Positions 1 through 10,254 of a DNA stretch of 17,506 nucleotides are shown here, one piece after another. This stretch comes from an uncultured Oligoflexus sp. Lineage in GTDB: Bacteria; Bdellovibrionota_B; Oligoflexia; Oligoflexales; Oligoflexaceae. The stretch lies in NCBI GenBank assembly GCA_964236955.1, contig CAXSGP010000098.1, positions 1 through 17,506 of the forward strand. The letters are read 5' to 3'. The notes under the pieces are model-generated. The model worked only from the letters and a program-made list of their open reading frames with translations, had not been told where the DNA came from and made no database searches. The position numbers and the translations under genes were made by a program. Positions within the stretch are counted from its first letter, which is position 1. Each line of letters begins with the position of its first letter.

Positions 1-16
1 CGAGTTTGCCTGTACT

Positions 17-29
17 TTTCAATCACTTA
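17..29 (+). promoter_or_regulatory. IHF-like binding site next to the terminal repeat
   Basis: TTTCAATCACTTA matches the IHF consensus WATCAANNNNTTR with one mismatch and lies 3 bp from the 19-bp repeat at 33-51. Confidence 0.35.
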
Positions 30-32
30 TCT

Positions 33-51
33 CAAACGTCAACAGCCCCTA
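33..51. mobile_element. Terminal-inverted-repeat-like end of a MITE/IS-type element extending left out of the window
   Basis: CAAACGTCAACAGCCCCTA is the exact reverse complement of TAGGGGCTGTTGACGTTTG at 17456-17474. It ends in CCCC followed by TA, a possible target dinucleotide. Confidence 0.55.
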
Positions 52-67
52 ATGATAATGATTATTA
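48..67. promoter_or_regulatory. Fur-box-like operator
   Basis: CCTAATGATAATGATTATT (48-66) matches GATAATGATAATCATTATC at 15/19. TGATAATGATTATTA (53-67) matches the 7-1-7 form TGATAATnATTATCA with one mismatch. Confidence 0.55.
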
Positions 68-159
68 TAGAAACCGACATCGACGCTGGAACTAACTATA
101 TGAAATCACCTAAGTCCTGATAATGAAAAGATTAATAAGTTTTTCATGGCCTTTCTGAC

Positions 160-176
160 ATTTCCCTTTGGGAAAT
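160..176. promoter_or_regulatory. Perfect 7-3-7 palindrome, candidate transcription-factor operator
   Basis: ATTTCCC-TTT-GGGAAAT, about 110 bp upstream of the CDS at 284. Confidence 0.35.
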
Positions 177-283
177 CCCTCACCCGCTGCTTCGGAAACT
201 TGATTTACCACGCTTATTTATAGTGTTTCTTCCAAACAGGGCTTACACTGTTTTCAACTTAAGTTATTCCCATGGAGTTGAAA

Positions 284-745
284 ATGAAATCTGCAAAGAA
301 TGTAACGGTGTTTCTAAGTTTGTTTTTGAGCGGCCTATCGACTTCTAATCTTTCGGCGGCTGACGCACCTTTGACCTGTACTGATGTTGCAGCGACCGAG
401 GCCAAATGCAAAGAATATGATGCGCAAACAGCAGCCTGTGACGCCGAAGTTCAAGCCGGAATCAAAGCCAAAATTGCCGCCGCAAAAACCGCTGCTGACG
501 AATGCAAAAAGAAAAATGGCATGACCTATGTTTTGAAATGCAAAAAGGAAATGAAGGAATCAGCGACTCTTATCAATACACCGAAGCAGCTGGCCGGCAG
601 TCCGATTCAAAAGGACTTGAGTGCCAAAGCGGATAGCACTTGTGCGAAGGCAGATGCGCTTGGCAATGCCACAATCGTGTGTAAAGGGCCCAAGAAAGTC
701 CTCGAAGCCTTGCAACGAAACTGTATCAAAGACGGCGCAAAATAA
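284..745 (+). CDS. Secreted Cys-rich, Ala/Lys-rich hypothetical protein
   Basis: ORF 272..745. ATG 284 is preferred because GGAG (274-277) lies 6 nt upstream. Sec-type signal peptide (MKSAKNVTVFLSLFLSGLSTSNLSAA) and 8 Cys in the mature part. Confidence 0.8.
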   Translation: MKSAKNVTVFLSLFLSGLSTSNLSAADAPLTCTDVAATEAKCKEYDAQTAACDAEVQAGIKAKIAAAKTAADECKKKNGMTYVLKCKKEMKESATLINTPKQLAGSPIQKDLSAKADSTCAKADALGNATIVCKGPKKVLEALQRNCIKDGAK

Positions 746-892
746 TTCTTTTCCGATATTTCATGTAAGGGGTGCCAGGTATTATGTGTTGTTTTGGCGT
801 TCTTTATGCCCGAGACAAATCCCAATAGACATTTTCCAGGCTTCTCGTCGATATTAGGGGCTTAAATTGTTTTTATCAGAGAGGACGCCCCT

Positions 893-1648
893 ATGACCTT
901 GGAAACTGACGATGATCTGAAGGGTCTGCAACGTATCGGGCGCATAGTTGCTAATTGTCTGCAGTATATGGGCAAACAGATTGAACCCGGTATGACGACA
1001 CTGGAGCTAGACCTCTCTGGAGAACGCTATCTCACCGAACAAGGGGCACGGTCCGCCCCCCGTCTGGCCTACAATTTTCCTGGGGCCACCTGTATCAGTA
1101 TCAATAACGAAGTTGCCCATGGGATCCCTGGCAAGCGGGTGATCCAAGCGGGCGATATGGTGAATATCGATGTTTCGGCTGAGATGGGCGGCTACTTCGG
1201 TGACACCGGTGGATCCTTTATTGTTCCGCCAGAGACCAGAGTGAAACGTCACCTTTGTGATTCAACCCGGCGGGCTTTGGAAGCGGCTATGCTGGTTGCC
1301 AGAGCCGGCCAGCCTCTCAGCGGAATCGGGCGTGCCATCGAAGGTGTAGCCATTCACCATAAGCTTTCCATTATTCGTAACCTCGGCAGTCATGGCGTCG
1401 GAAGGGCTTTGCATGAATCTCCAGAATTTATTGCGCCCTATTTTGATTCCAAAGACAAAAGAATCCTAAAAGAGGGTATGGTCATCACGATTGAACCCTT
1501 CCTTTCGAACGGTGCGACTCATGTCGATGAAAGCAATGACGGTTGGACCTTATTCACCTCTCCCAAATATGTCTCGGCCCAATATGAGCACACGATGGTG
1601 ATCACGAAAGGTCAACCCCTGGTCATGACGATCGCGGACGCTCGATAA
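893..1648 (+). CDS. map: Type I methionyl aminopeptidase
   Basis: CISINNEVAHGIP motif and metal ligands in NIDVS, GDT, SHGVG, TIEP and QYEHT; 251 aa; GAGGA RBS upstream. Confidence 0.96.
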   Translation: MTLETDDDLKGLQRIGRIVANCLQYMGKQIEPGMTTLELDLSGERYLTEQGARSAPRLAYNFPGATCISINNEVAHGIPGKRVIQAGDMVNIDVSAEMGGYFGDTGGSFIVPPETRVKRHLCDSTRRALEAAMLVARAGQPLSGIGRAIEGVAIHHKLSIIRNLGSHGVGRALHESPEFIAPYFDSKDKRILKEGMVITIEPFLSNGATHVDESNDGWTLFTSPKYVSAQYEHTMVITKGQPLVMTIADAR

Positions 1649-1663
1649 AAAGAATGGTCTAAA

Positions 1664-1698
1664 AAAGGGGCAGGGATTGAAAGATCGCCTGCCCCTTT
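1664..1698. terminator. Bidirectional intrinsic terminator between convergent map and SDR genes
   Basis: AAAGGGGCAGG (1664-1674) and CCTGCCCCTTT (1688-1698) form an 11-bp inverted repeat with an A-run on the left and TTTAT on the right. Confidence 0.85.
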
Positions 1699-1716
1699 AT
1701 AAAGATGGCTAACGCA

Positions 1717-2619
1717 CTAACTTGCAGTAGTATTGCCGCCGAGTAAGGAAATAATTTCCCCCGTTACATAGCTGCTGTCGGCATTCGATGCGAAATAGAC
1801 GTAGGCCGGCGCGATTTCTTCGGGCTGCGCGGGTCTTTTGTAGGGTGTGGAAGCACCAAAGGATTGAATCTTCTCGGCATCGGAATCCGAGGGGTTAAGC
1901 GGGGTCCATACTGGGCCCGGCGCGACACAGTTCACGCGTATCCTTCGGTCCACCAGACTTTGAGCCAAGGATTTGGTAAAGGCGTGGATCGCCCCTTTGG
2001 TGGCACTATAATCGAGAAGCGCCTTGGAACCGTCCATGCCTGTAATGGAACCGGTATTGATAATGGCCGCACCATCTTTCATATGAGGCAAGGTGGCCTT
2101 CGCCATGAAGAAATAGCCGTAGATATTGGTCTTGAAGGTTTTGTCCCACTGTTCGATGGAGAGTTCTTCCAAAGATTCCACATGATTTTGAAAGGCTGCA
2201 TTATTCACCAGGATATCGACTTGGCCAAAGGTATCGATAGCCTTCTTGACGACGGCTTGACAGAAGCTGTAGTCCTTTAAATCGCCCGAGATCGATACCA
2301 CCTCACCGCCGAGTGATTCGATGGCTTCTATCGTTTCTTCGGCATCCTCCTCTTCCTCTTCGAGGTAGGTGAACACTATTTTCGCGCCTTCCTTCGCATA
2401 CAGCACCGCCACGCTACGGCCTATTCCCGAGTCACCACCGGTGATGATGGCGACTTTATTCTCAAGTTTGCCGGCTGCTTTGTAGGTATCGCCCCTATAA
2501 AAAGGCCGCGGATTAAGCTTTCCTTCTATTCCCGGTTTGTTTTGATGCTGGGGCGGCAGTGGATTTTTTGGGTACTGCGCTTCGCCTCGGCCAGTTGCAG
2601 TGGTATTAACCTCATTCAT
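1717..2619 (-). CDS. SDR family NAD(P)-dependent oxidoreductase (YdaD/YghA general-stress-protein type)
   Basis: TGGDSGIG Rossmann motif, NNAA, catalytic YSATK and PGPVWTPL; N-terminal PPQHQNKPG extension typical of this subfamily; AAGGAG RBS. Confidence 0.93.
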   Translation of the reverse strand: MNEVNTTATGRGEAQYPKNPLPPQHQNKPGIEGKLNPRPFYRGDTYKAAGKLENKVAIITGGDSGIGRSVAVLYAKEGAKIVFTYLEEEEEDAEETIEAIESLGGEVVSISGDLKDYSFCQAVVKKAIDTFGQVDILVNNAAFQNHVESLEELSIEQWDKTFKTNIYGYFFMAKATLPHMKDGAAIINTGSITGMDGSKALLDYSATKGAIHAFTKSLAQSLVDRRIRVNCVAPGPVWTPLNPSDSDAEKIQSFGASTPYKRPAQPEEIAPAYVYFASNADSSYVTGEIISLLGGNTTAS

Positions 2620-2730
2620 ATGGGGCTCCTTAGATGAGAGTAGCCTGTTAAATAATTCCCACAGTGATGTATTTTATTGAGTACAGAGAATCGCTGAAAC
2701 TCAGACATCGATCGCTTCCGGGAAGGCTTA

Positions 2731-2747
2731 TGCAAATCTGATTCCAA
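2731..2747 (-). promoter_or_regulatory. Sigma54-like -24/-12 promoter for the SDR gene
   Basis: Minus strand reads TTGGAATCAGATTTGCA, i.e. GG-N10-GC with TTGCA, about 110 bp upstream of the start and correctly oriented. Confidence 0.45.
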
Positions 2748-2990
2748 GCTTGGCAAATGAGACTCCTTTAGTTCTGCTCAATGAACTTTTAGGCAGCCTT
2801 AAAATCCTTTAAAAAAAGGCCCGTCGAAATTCGCGTAAATAGAACTAACTATCATTTATAGGGTTGATATTTTTGGTTTATAGAGGCAGATGAGGATATA
2901 CCCTAGGAGGTTTTACAATTCGTTGTCATTTATCGCGAGTAAGTTTCAAGCTATACCAAGCTCCTAGACATCGCGCGCGGTATCTAATAA

Positions 2991-5182
<2,192 letters not shown>

Positions 5183-5337
5183 AAATTCTAGAAACTTAGT
5201 GAAGTTCGCGACATAGGCCTGCTTCACCAAAAACCCCAAGCGAATTTCCCCCCATTCTCGCTATCATGCTTTCACGATGCTTAAGGCGTCGCGATCCTAA
5301 GCCCTTTCTGGGCTGTAGCGTATAAGGGGGAATTCCG

Positions 5338-6246
5338 ATGGTGGCGATCTGGAAGGGTTCGATAAGTTTTGGTTTAGTGAATATTCCGGTCAGTCTGCAA
5401 AGTGCAGTGCGCGATGATCACATCGATTTTCACATGCTGGAGAAAGACACTCTCTCTCCTATTCAATATGACCGCATCTCCAAAAAGACTAAAAAGAGTG
5501 TTCCCTGGGCTAAGATAGTCAAGGGCTTCGAATATGAAAAAGGCAAATACGTCATCCTCAGCAAAGAGGATTTCGACAAGGCCTCGGTCGGTACCTCTAA
5601 AGCTTTCGAAATCACAGAATTTGTACCTCAAGAGCAGATCGATTCCCGGTTTTTTGAAAAACCCTATTATGCGATTCCCGATGAAGGTTCGGAGGCCGTT
5701 TATGCCTTGCTGCGTGAGGCTATGGTTGAGACCAATCGAGTCGGCATCGGACGCATCACGGTCCGTAATAAACAGCATCTGGCCGCGATAAAACCCCTTG
5801 GCAACGCCCTGGAGATCAATCTCATGCGCTTCGCCAAGGAGATCATTGACGAAGGCGAATACGAGATCCCAACACGGGAAAAGCCAAAACCTCAGGCATT
5901 GAAAATGGCAAAGCAACTGATTGACTCTCTCACTCAGGATTTTGATCCAAGTCAATATCATGATGAATACCGGGAGAATCTTGAAAAAATTATTAAGTCC
6001 AAGTCCAAAGGTAAAAACTTCGACTTCGATCAACCTGCCGAGCGCCAGCCGACCGCGGTTATCGATCTGATGGAACGTCTGCAGCAGAGCCTGCTGAAAA
6101 AGTCGGGAACCGCGCTTTCCGTACCAGCCCCGAAAAGTCCCGCTGCCAGGAAAAAAGCAAATGGAAGCAATAGTAAAACGACAAAGGTGAAATCCAAGGC
6201 GAATTCAAAAACCACCCGGATCGCCAAGAAAGTGAGGAGGGCTTGA
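5338..6246 (+). CDS. ku: Non-homologous end-joining protein Ku
   Basis: IWKGSISFGLVNIPV start, IVKGFEY, FFEKPYY, YALLREAM, YHDEYRE and VIDLMERLQQSL motifs; Lys-rich C-terminal tail. Confidence 0.97.
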   Translation: MVAIWKGSISFGLVNIPVSLQSAVRDDHIDFHMLEKDTLSPIQYDRISKKTKKSVPWAKIVKGFEYEKGKYVILSKEDFDKASVGTSKAFEITEFVPQEQIDSRFFEKPYYAIPDEGSEAVYALLREAMVETNRVGIGRITVRNKQHLAAIKPLGNALEINLMRFAKEIIDEGEYEIPTREKPKPQALKMAKQLIDSLTQDFDPSQYHDEYRENLEKIIKSKSKGKNFDFDQPAERQPTAVIDLMERLQQSLLKKSGTALSVPAPKSPAARKKANGSNSKTTKVKSKANSKTTRIAKKVRRA

Positions 6247-8994
6247 ATGAAGGGACAGAGCAAACTCAAGGAATACAATGCCAAGCGCGATTTTAAAAAG
6301 ACTGCCGAACCTGAAGGGGCGGTCACTGCCAAGCATTCGAATCGTCTGGCCTTCGTCGTGCAAAAGCACGAGGCCAGTCACCTGCACTATGATGTCAGAC
6401 TGGAAGTTGAAGGGGTGATGAAAAGCTGGGCCGTCCCAAAGGGGCCCTCGTTTGATCCGTCGGTAAAACGACTGGCCGTGCAGGTCGAGGATCATCCTGT
6501 TTCCTACAATGATTTTGAAGGGACTATTCCGAGCGGTGAATACGGCGGCGGCACTGTCATGGTTTGGGATCACGGCACTTACACTGTTGATAATGCCGGG
6601 CAGGGTGACGATTCTGAGGGTCTCATGCTGGAGGGCATCGACAAGGGCAAGCTCTCGATTACCTTTCATGGCCTTAAACTTCGTGGGTCCTTTGCATTGG
6701 TGCGGACGCGACTTGCCGGAAAAAAAGCCCAATGGCTTATGATTAAGCACAAAGATGAAGCCGCTGATCCGGACTATGACCCCGTCGCCGACGCTCAGAC
6801 TTCCGCTAAAACGGAACGAACGATGGAAGAGATCAAAAAGGGTGCGAGCGGGGCAAAAGCTAAAAAAAAAACCGTGAAGGGACTTGATCGCGCCATGGCA
6901 GAGGCGACTGTCCGGGAAAGCCCGGTGCCGAAGCCTCAATCGGTCCCACGGCGAGCGCGTGTCGCAGGCAAAAGCAAGCGGTCCTCTACGTCAGTGAGCT
7001 TGTTACCTATGCTGATTCATATAGCTCCCGAACTTCCTGAAGGCAAGGATTGGGTCTATGAACAAAAGCTCGATGGCGTTCGGCTCTTAGCCTATGCCGA
7101 CGCCAAGAACTGGGTTCTCATATCAAGGCTTGGTAACGACAAGAGCAAGCAGTTCCCCGAACTGGGTGCCGGTCTTAAGAAAATAGCAGCAGCGTCAGGT
7201 GGCCCTCTCATTCTGGACGGCGAAGTCGTTGCTATCGACCCAAAGGGGCAAGCCCTGGGTTTTCAGTTTCTGCAAGGCCGAATTCATCTCGATGACCATG
7301 AGGCTGTAGAAAAGGAAATCAAAGACTGTCCCGTGCAGTTTCTCGTCTTTGATGCCTTGCTCCTGGGTAACGAGTCGTTGGTCGATTATCCTTTGAGGGA
7401 CCGCCGCGCCTTGCTGGAGAAGGTTTTTGAAGATCGTGACTATCCCCGGATCGCCCTTACCGTGCTCAGTGCCTCCGCTCAGACTATGAAGGCCAAGGCT
7501 CTTAAGGGGAGTTGGGAAGGATTGATAGCCAAGGATTTAGGGACTAGCTATGTGCCGGGTTCCCGCACCCGAAACTGGCTCAAATGGAAGACTGTAAAAC
7601 GCGAGGAATTGATTATAGGAGCTTGGACCGAGCCCAAAGGCAGCCGCAAATTTATAGGGAGCCTTTTGCTCGGCTACTATGATGAAAAAGGACAATTTAT
7701 CTTTGCCGGTCATGTCGGCAGTGGCTTTAATCATAAGATTCTTGGTGAATTGCACGAAGCTTTATGCGCCATCGAGCAGGAGAGGTCTCCCTTTGCAAAA
7801 AAAGCCCCGAATCCTAACGATATCGTCCATTGGGTTGTTCCTAAGATCGTGGCGGAGGTGAAGTTTCAGGAGTGGACCAGTGATAGAATCCTTCGTCAGC
7901 CTATATTTTTGGGCATTCGTGATGATAAACGCGCCGAGGATATCGTGATTCGAGGGGAGGGCGAAGATTCCGGAATTTCTGAGGATGCTGACAATTCAAT
8001 TGCAGATAAACCGCCCGCACTCGAGTCAAAATCTTCAGGTTTAAGTAAAGTGCGGGCCAAGGGCAAGACGCTTGACCCAAAAGTCATTATAAAAAAACTT
8101 CAGTCTATCGAGGAGCAGGGTGACCTAAGTTTGCCCGGGGCCGAGTTACGCTTGACCCATTTGAATAAGGTGGTCTTTCCCAAGGATCAGCTGAGCAAAC
8201 GCGATTTGCTCGAATACTATACCCTCATGGCTGAATATATTTTACCTTGGATGAAAGATAGACCTTTGGTCTTGAGACGATTCCCTTCAGGAATCGAAGG
8301 CAAAGATTTTTACCAACAGGCGCCCGATGAAGGGGCGCCCGTATCAACGGCTACTATCATCGGCGAGGATGGGGAAAAACAAACCCGATTGATCGGGGGT
8401 GATCTGACGACTTTACTCTATACCGTACAGATGAGCTGCGTCAGCTATGACCCCTGGCATTCAAAAATTCATGAACCCAAATACCCTGACTATACCATTA
8501 TTGATCTTGATCCCGGCTATGCCACCGATTTTGAAACGGTTCGCTCGGTAGCCTTGGCTGTACTTGATTTTCTGCAAAGCAGGGGCCTGAACGGAGCAAT
8601 GAAGACCAGTGGCGCCACAGGTATCCATATCTACCTGCCTTTGCCCCCTAAGACGTCCTGGGAGCAGGCGCTACTCGCGGCTGAGATCGTTTGTGGCCGC
8701 GTCGCCGAAACGCATGCCAACGGAACCATCGAACGATCGGTCAAAAAGCGCAAAAAGGGCAGTGTTTACCTCGACTCCCAGCAGAATTTTTTAAGCAAGA
8801 GCGTGGCTGGAGTTTGGGCGGTAAGGGCACGGCCAGGGGCTACGGTCTCGACGCCCATAACAAGGGCGGAACTTGAGGCTGGGATTACACCATCGGATTT
8901 TACGATAGTGACCGTGATTCCTGAAGCGAAAAAACGCACTGGGCTTTGGAACAAGGCCATGGCGATCCCCATCAAACTCGAGGCTCTTTTGTAA
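6247..8994 (+). CDS. ligD: DNA ligase D (phosphoesterase-ligase-polymerase)
   Basis: PE domain: FVVQKHEASHLHYDVRLE, SWAVPKGPS, VEDHP. Ligase motifs: EQKLDGVR, LDGEVV, FDAL, EGLIAK, WLKWK, plus OB fold. PolDom: IDLDP, KTSGATGIH, YLD, RARPGATVSTP. ATG directly follows the ku stop; RBS GAGGAGG at 6234-6240. Confidence 0.97.
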   Translation: MKGQSKLKEYNAKRDFKKTAEPEGAVTAKHSNRLAFVVQKHEASHLHYDVRLEVEGVMKSWAVPKGPSFDPSVKRLAVQVEDHPVSYNDFEGTIPSGEYGGGTVMVWDHGTYTVDNAGQGDDSEGLMLEGIDKGKLSITFHGLKLRGSFALVRTRLAGKKAQWLMIKHKDEAADPDYDPVADAQTSAKTERTMEEIKKGASGAKAKKKTVKGLDRAMAEATVRESPVPKPQSVPRRARVAGKSKRSSTSVSLLPMLIHIAPELPEGKDWVYEQKLDGVRLLAYADAKNWVLISRLGNDKSKQFPELGAGLKKIAAASGGPLILDGEVVAIDPKGQALGFQFLQGRIHLDDHEAVEKEIKDCPVQFLVFDALLLGNESLVDYPLRDRRALLEKVFEDRDYPRIALTVLSASAQTMKAKALKGSWEGLIAKDLGTSYVPGSRTRNWLKWKTVKREELIIGAWTEPKGSRKFIGSLLLGYYDEKGQFIFAGHVGSGFNHKILGELHEALCAIEQERSPFAKKAPNPNDIVHWVVPKIVAEVKFQEWTSDRILRQPIFLGIRDDKRAEDIVIRGEGEDSGISEDADNSIADKPPALESKSSGLSKVRAKGKTLDPKVIIKKLQSIEEQGDLSLPGAELRLTHLNKVVFPKDQLSKRDLLEYYTLMAEYILPWMKDRPLVLRRFPSGIEGKDFYQQAPDEGAPVSTATIIGEDGEKQTRLIGGDLTTLLYTVQMSCVSYDPWHSKIHEPKYPDYTIIDLDPGYATDFETVRSVALAVLDFLQSRGLNGAMKTSGATGIHIYLPLPPKTSWEQALLAAEIVCGRVAETHANGTIERSVKKRKKGSVYLDSQQNFLSKSVAGVWAVRARPGATVSTPITRAELEAGITPSDFTIVTVIPEAKKRTGLWNKAMAIPIKLEALL

Positions 8995-9031
8995 GCAGGT
9001 CGATTCGATCATGGGATAGGCGGGCAAGAGT

Positions 9032-9065
9032 CTGCCTTGGCGGGAAACCTATCTTTCCAAGGCAG
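9032..9065. terminator. Hairpin between convergent ligD and methyltransferase genes
   Basis: CTGCCTTGG (9032-9040) and CCAAGGCAG (9057-9065) form a perfect 9-bp inverted repeat; no clear U-tract. Confidence 0.45.
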
Positions 9066-9073
9066 CCTAACCT

Positions 9074-9745
9074 TTAAAAAGCGGTTTTCTTTCGGAGAAT
9101 CACTTCAATCTGAGCCAAAGCATCGACCCGGGTCTGATCGACCAGGGAATGACGGTTGAAAAACGCTTCAATTTTTTTAGAAAAGACATTCAGATTCCGT
9201 TTTTTCAGACTGCCAATGAGTCGCGTGAAAAACCGAAAAATAAAACCCGTATTGAATTTACCGTGTTTGATGTAGCGCCTATCATAACCAATATCATTAA
9301 GCGCAAGACTGACTACTTCTGCGTCAGGAAGGGTCTTTACAAAATCGATGATATTGATCGATACGGCTGACCAGCTCTTTTTTTTGCCAAGAGTAAACGT
9401 GTGCTTATGGTCGCCATTAAATCGGCTTGGGAAAACCCCCTGCTCATAAAGATCTTCATCCGGTACAGTAAAGAATAGAAAGCCATCTGGTTTGGTAAGT
9501 TGCCACCACTCCTGGATGGCTGTGCTCGGATTATGCATATGCTCCAGGCAATGCGACGAGTAGACACAATCATATTGTTTTTTGATAAACTGGGTGATGC
9601 GGTTGGCATCACCCTGCGCCAGATCAAAAACCTCGGCGTGGGGAACCACAGGATCGCGTCCGGCTCCTATATCCAGCACACTTTTGCTTAGTATATTTTT
9701 TTCAAAGTCATTGAAATAAAGCGACGACTTTTTACTTTCATCCAT
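9074..9745 (-). CDS. Class I SAM-dependent methyltransferase
   Basis: VLDIGAG motif I, YDCVYSSHCLEHM and KPDGFLFFTVP; AAGGAG RBS upstream. Confidence 0.88.
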   Translation of the reverse strand: MDESKKSSLYFNDFEKNILSKSVLDIGAGRDPVVPHAEVFDLAQGDANRITQFIKKQYDCVYSSHCLEHMHNPSTAIQEWWQLTKPDGFLFFTVPDEDLYEQGVFPSRFNGDHKHTFTLGKKKSWSAVSINIIDFVKTLPDAEVVSLALNDIGYDRRYIKHGKFNTGFIFRFFTRLIGSLKKRNLNVFSKKIEAFFNRHSLVDQTRVDALAQIEVILRKKTAF

Positions 9746-10254
9746 CGGCAGAGTCTCCTTGGTCTGGGATCCAGTCGTTAAGATTACTTTCGGAGACGAT
9801 ACTTAACAGACATTAACCATTCGCCTGAATACTGGCAAGTCAATTACCCAGAATCATACCATTTTCACTGCTTAGGCCCCATTCGTTTTCGCTTGCCGCT
9901 AAACTTTAGAGTTAAAATGGCTCAAAGAGCCAATCTTTTGTTTTAAACAGCTGCAAAAATAGACTTTGTGAACGCCTATTCGTGCGGGGTGTTGGGTGCC
10001 TTTAGCCCCATAACCAAGACTATAAAAACGCGAATGAATTTTAGATTATGATTTAATTGTAAGAATAGGGAAATTAACGCCTGAAGAGAATTTGAGGTGA
10101 AACATTTTCTGCAGGCTAGGATAATCTCAAATAGGATCTCGGGAAAGATACGGAATGAGCTAAGCCTGAGATCCAATCGAAATGGAAGACCGTTGCCTGG
10201 AACACCGAGGCTAAAGCTCTACGGATCGCCGGAACTTCACTACAAGGCCATTTT

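Noticed and set aside
9918..9932. TGGCTC-AAA-GAGCCA palindrome followed by T-rich sequence
   Set aside because: Only a 6-bp stem between divergent genes with no upstream gene to terminate; too weak to call.
9976..10176. 66-aa minus-strand ORF in the divergent intergenic region
   Set aside because: No clear RBS, TTG start, and composition typical of AT-rich non-coding DNA.
10180..10240. Possible c-di-GMP-I riboswitch upstream of the kinase
   Set aside because: Lacks the GGCAAA...GAAA...GACGCAAAGC core and paired stems.
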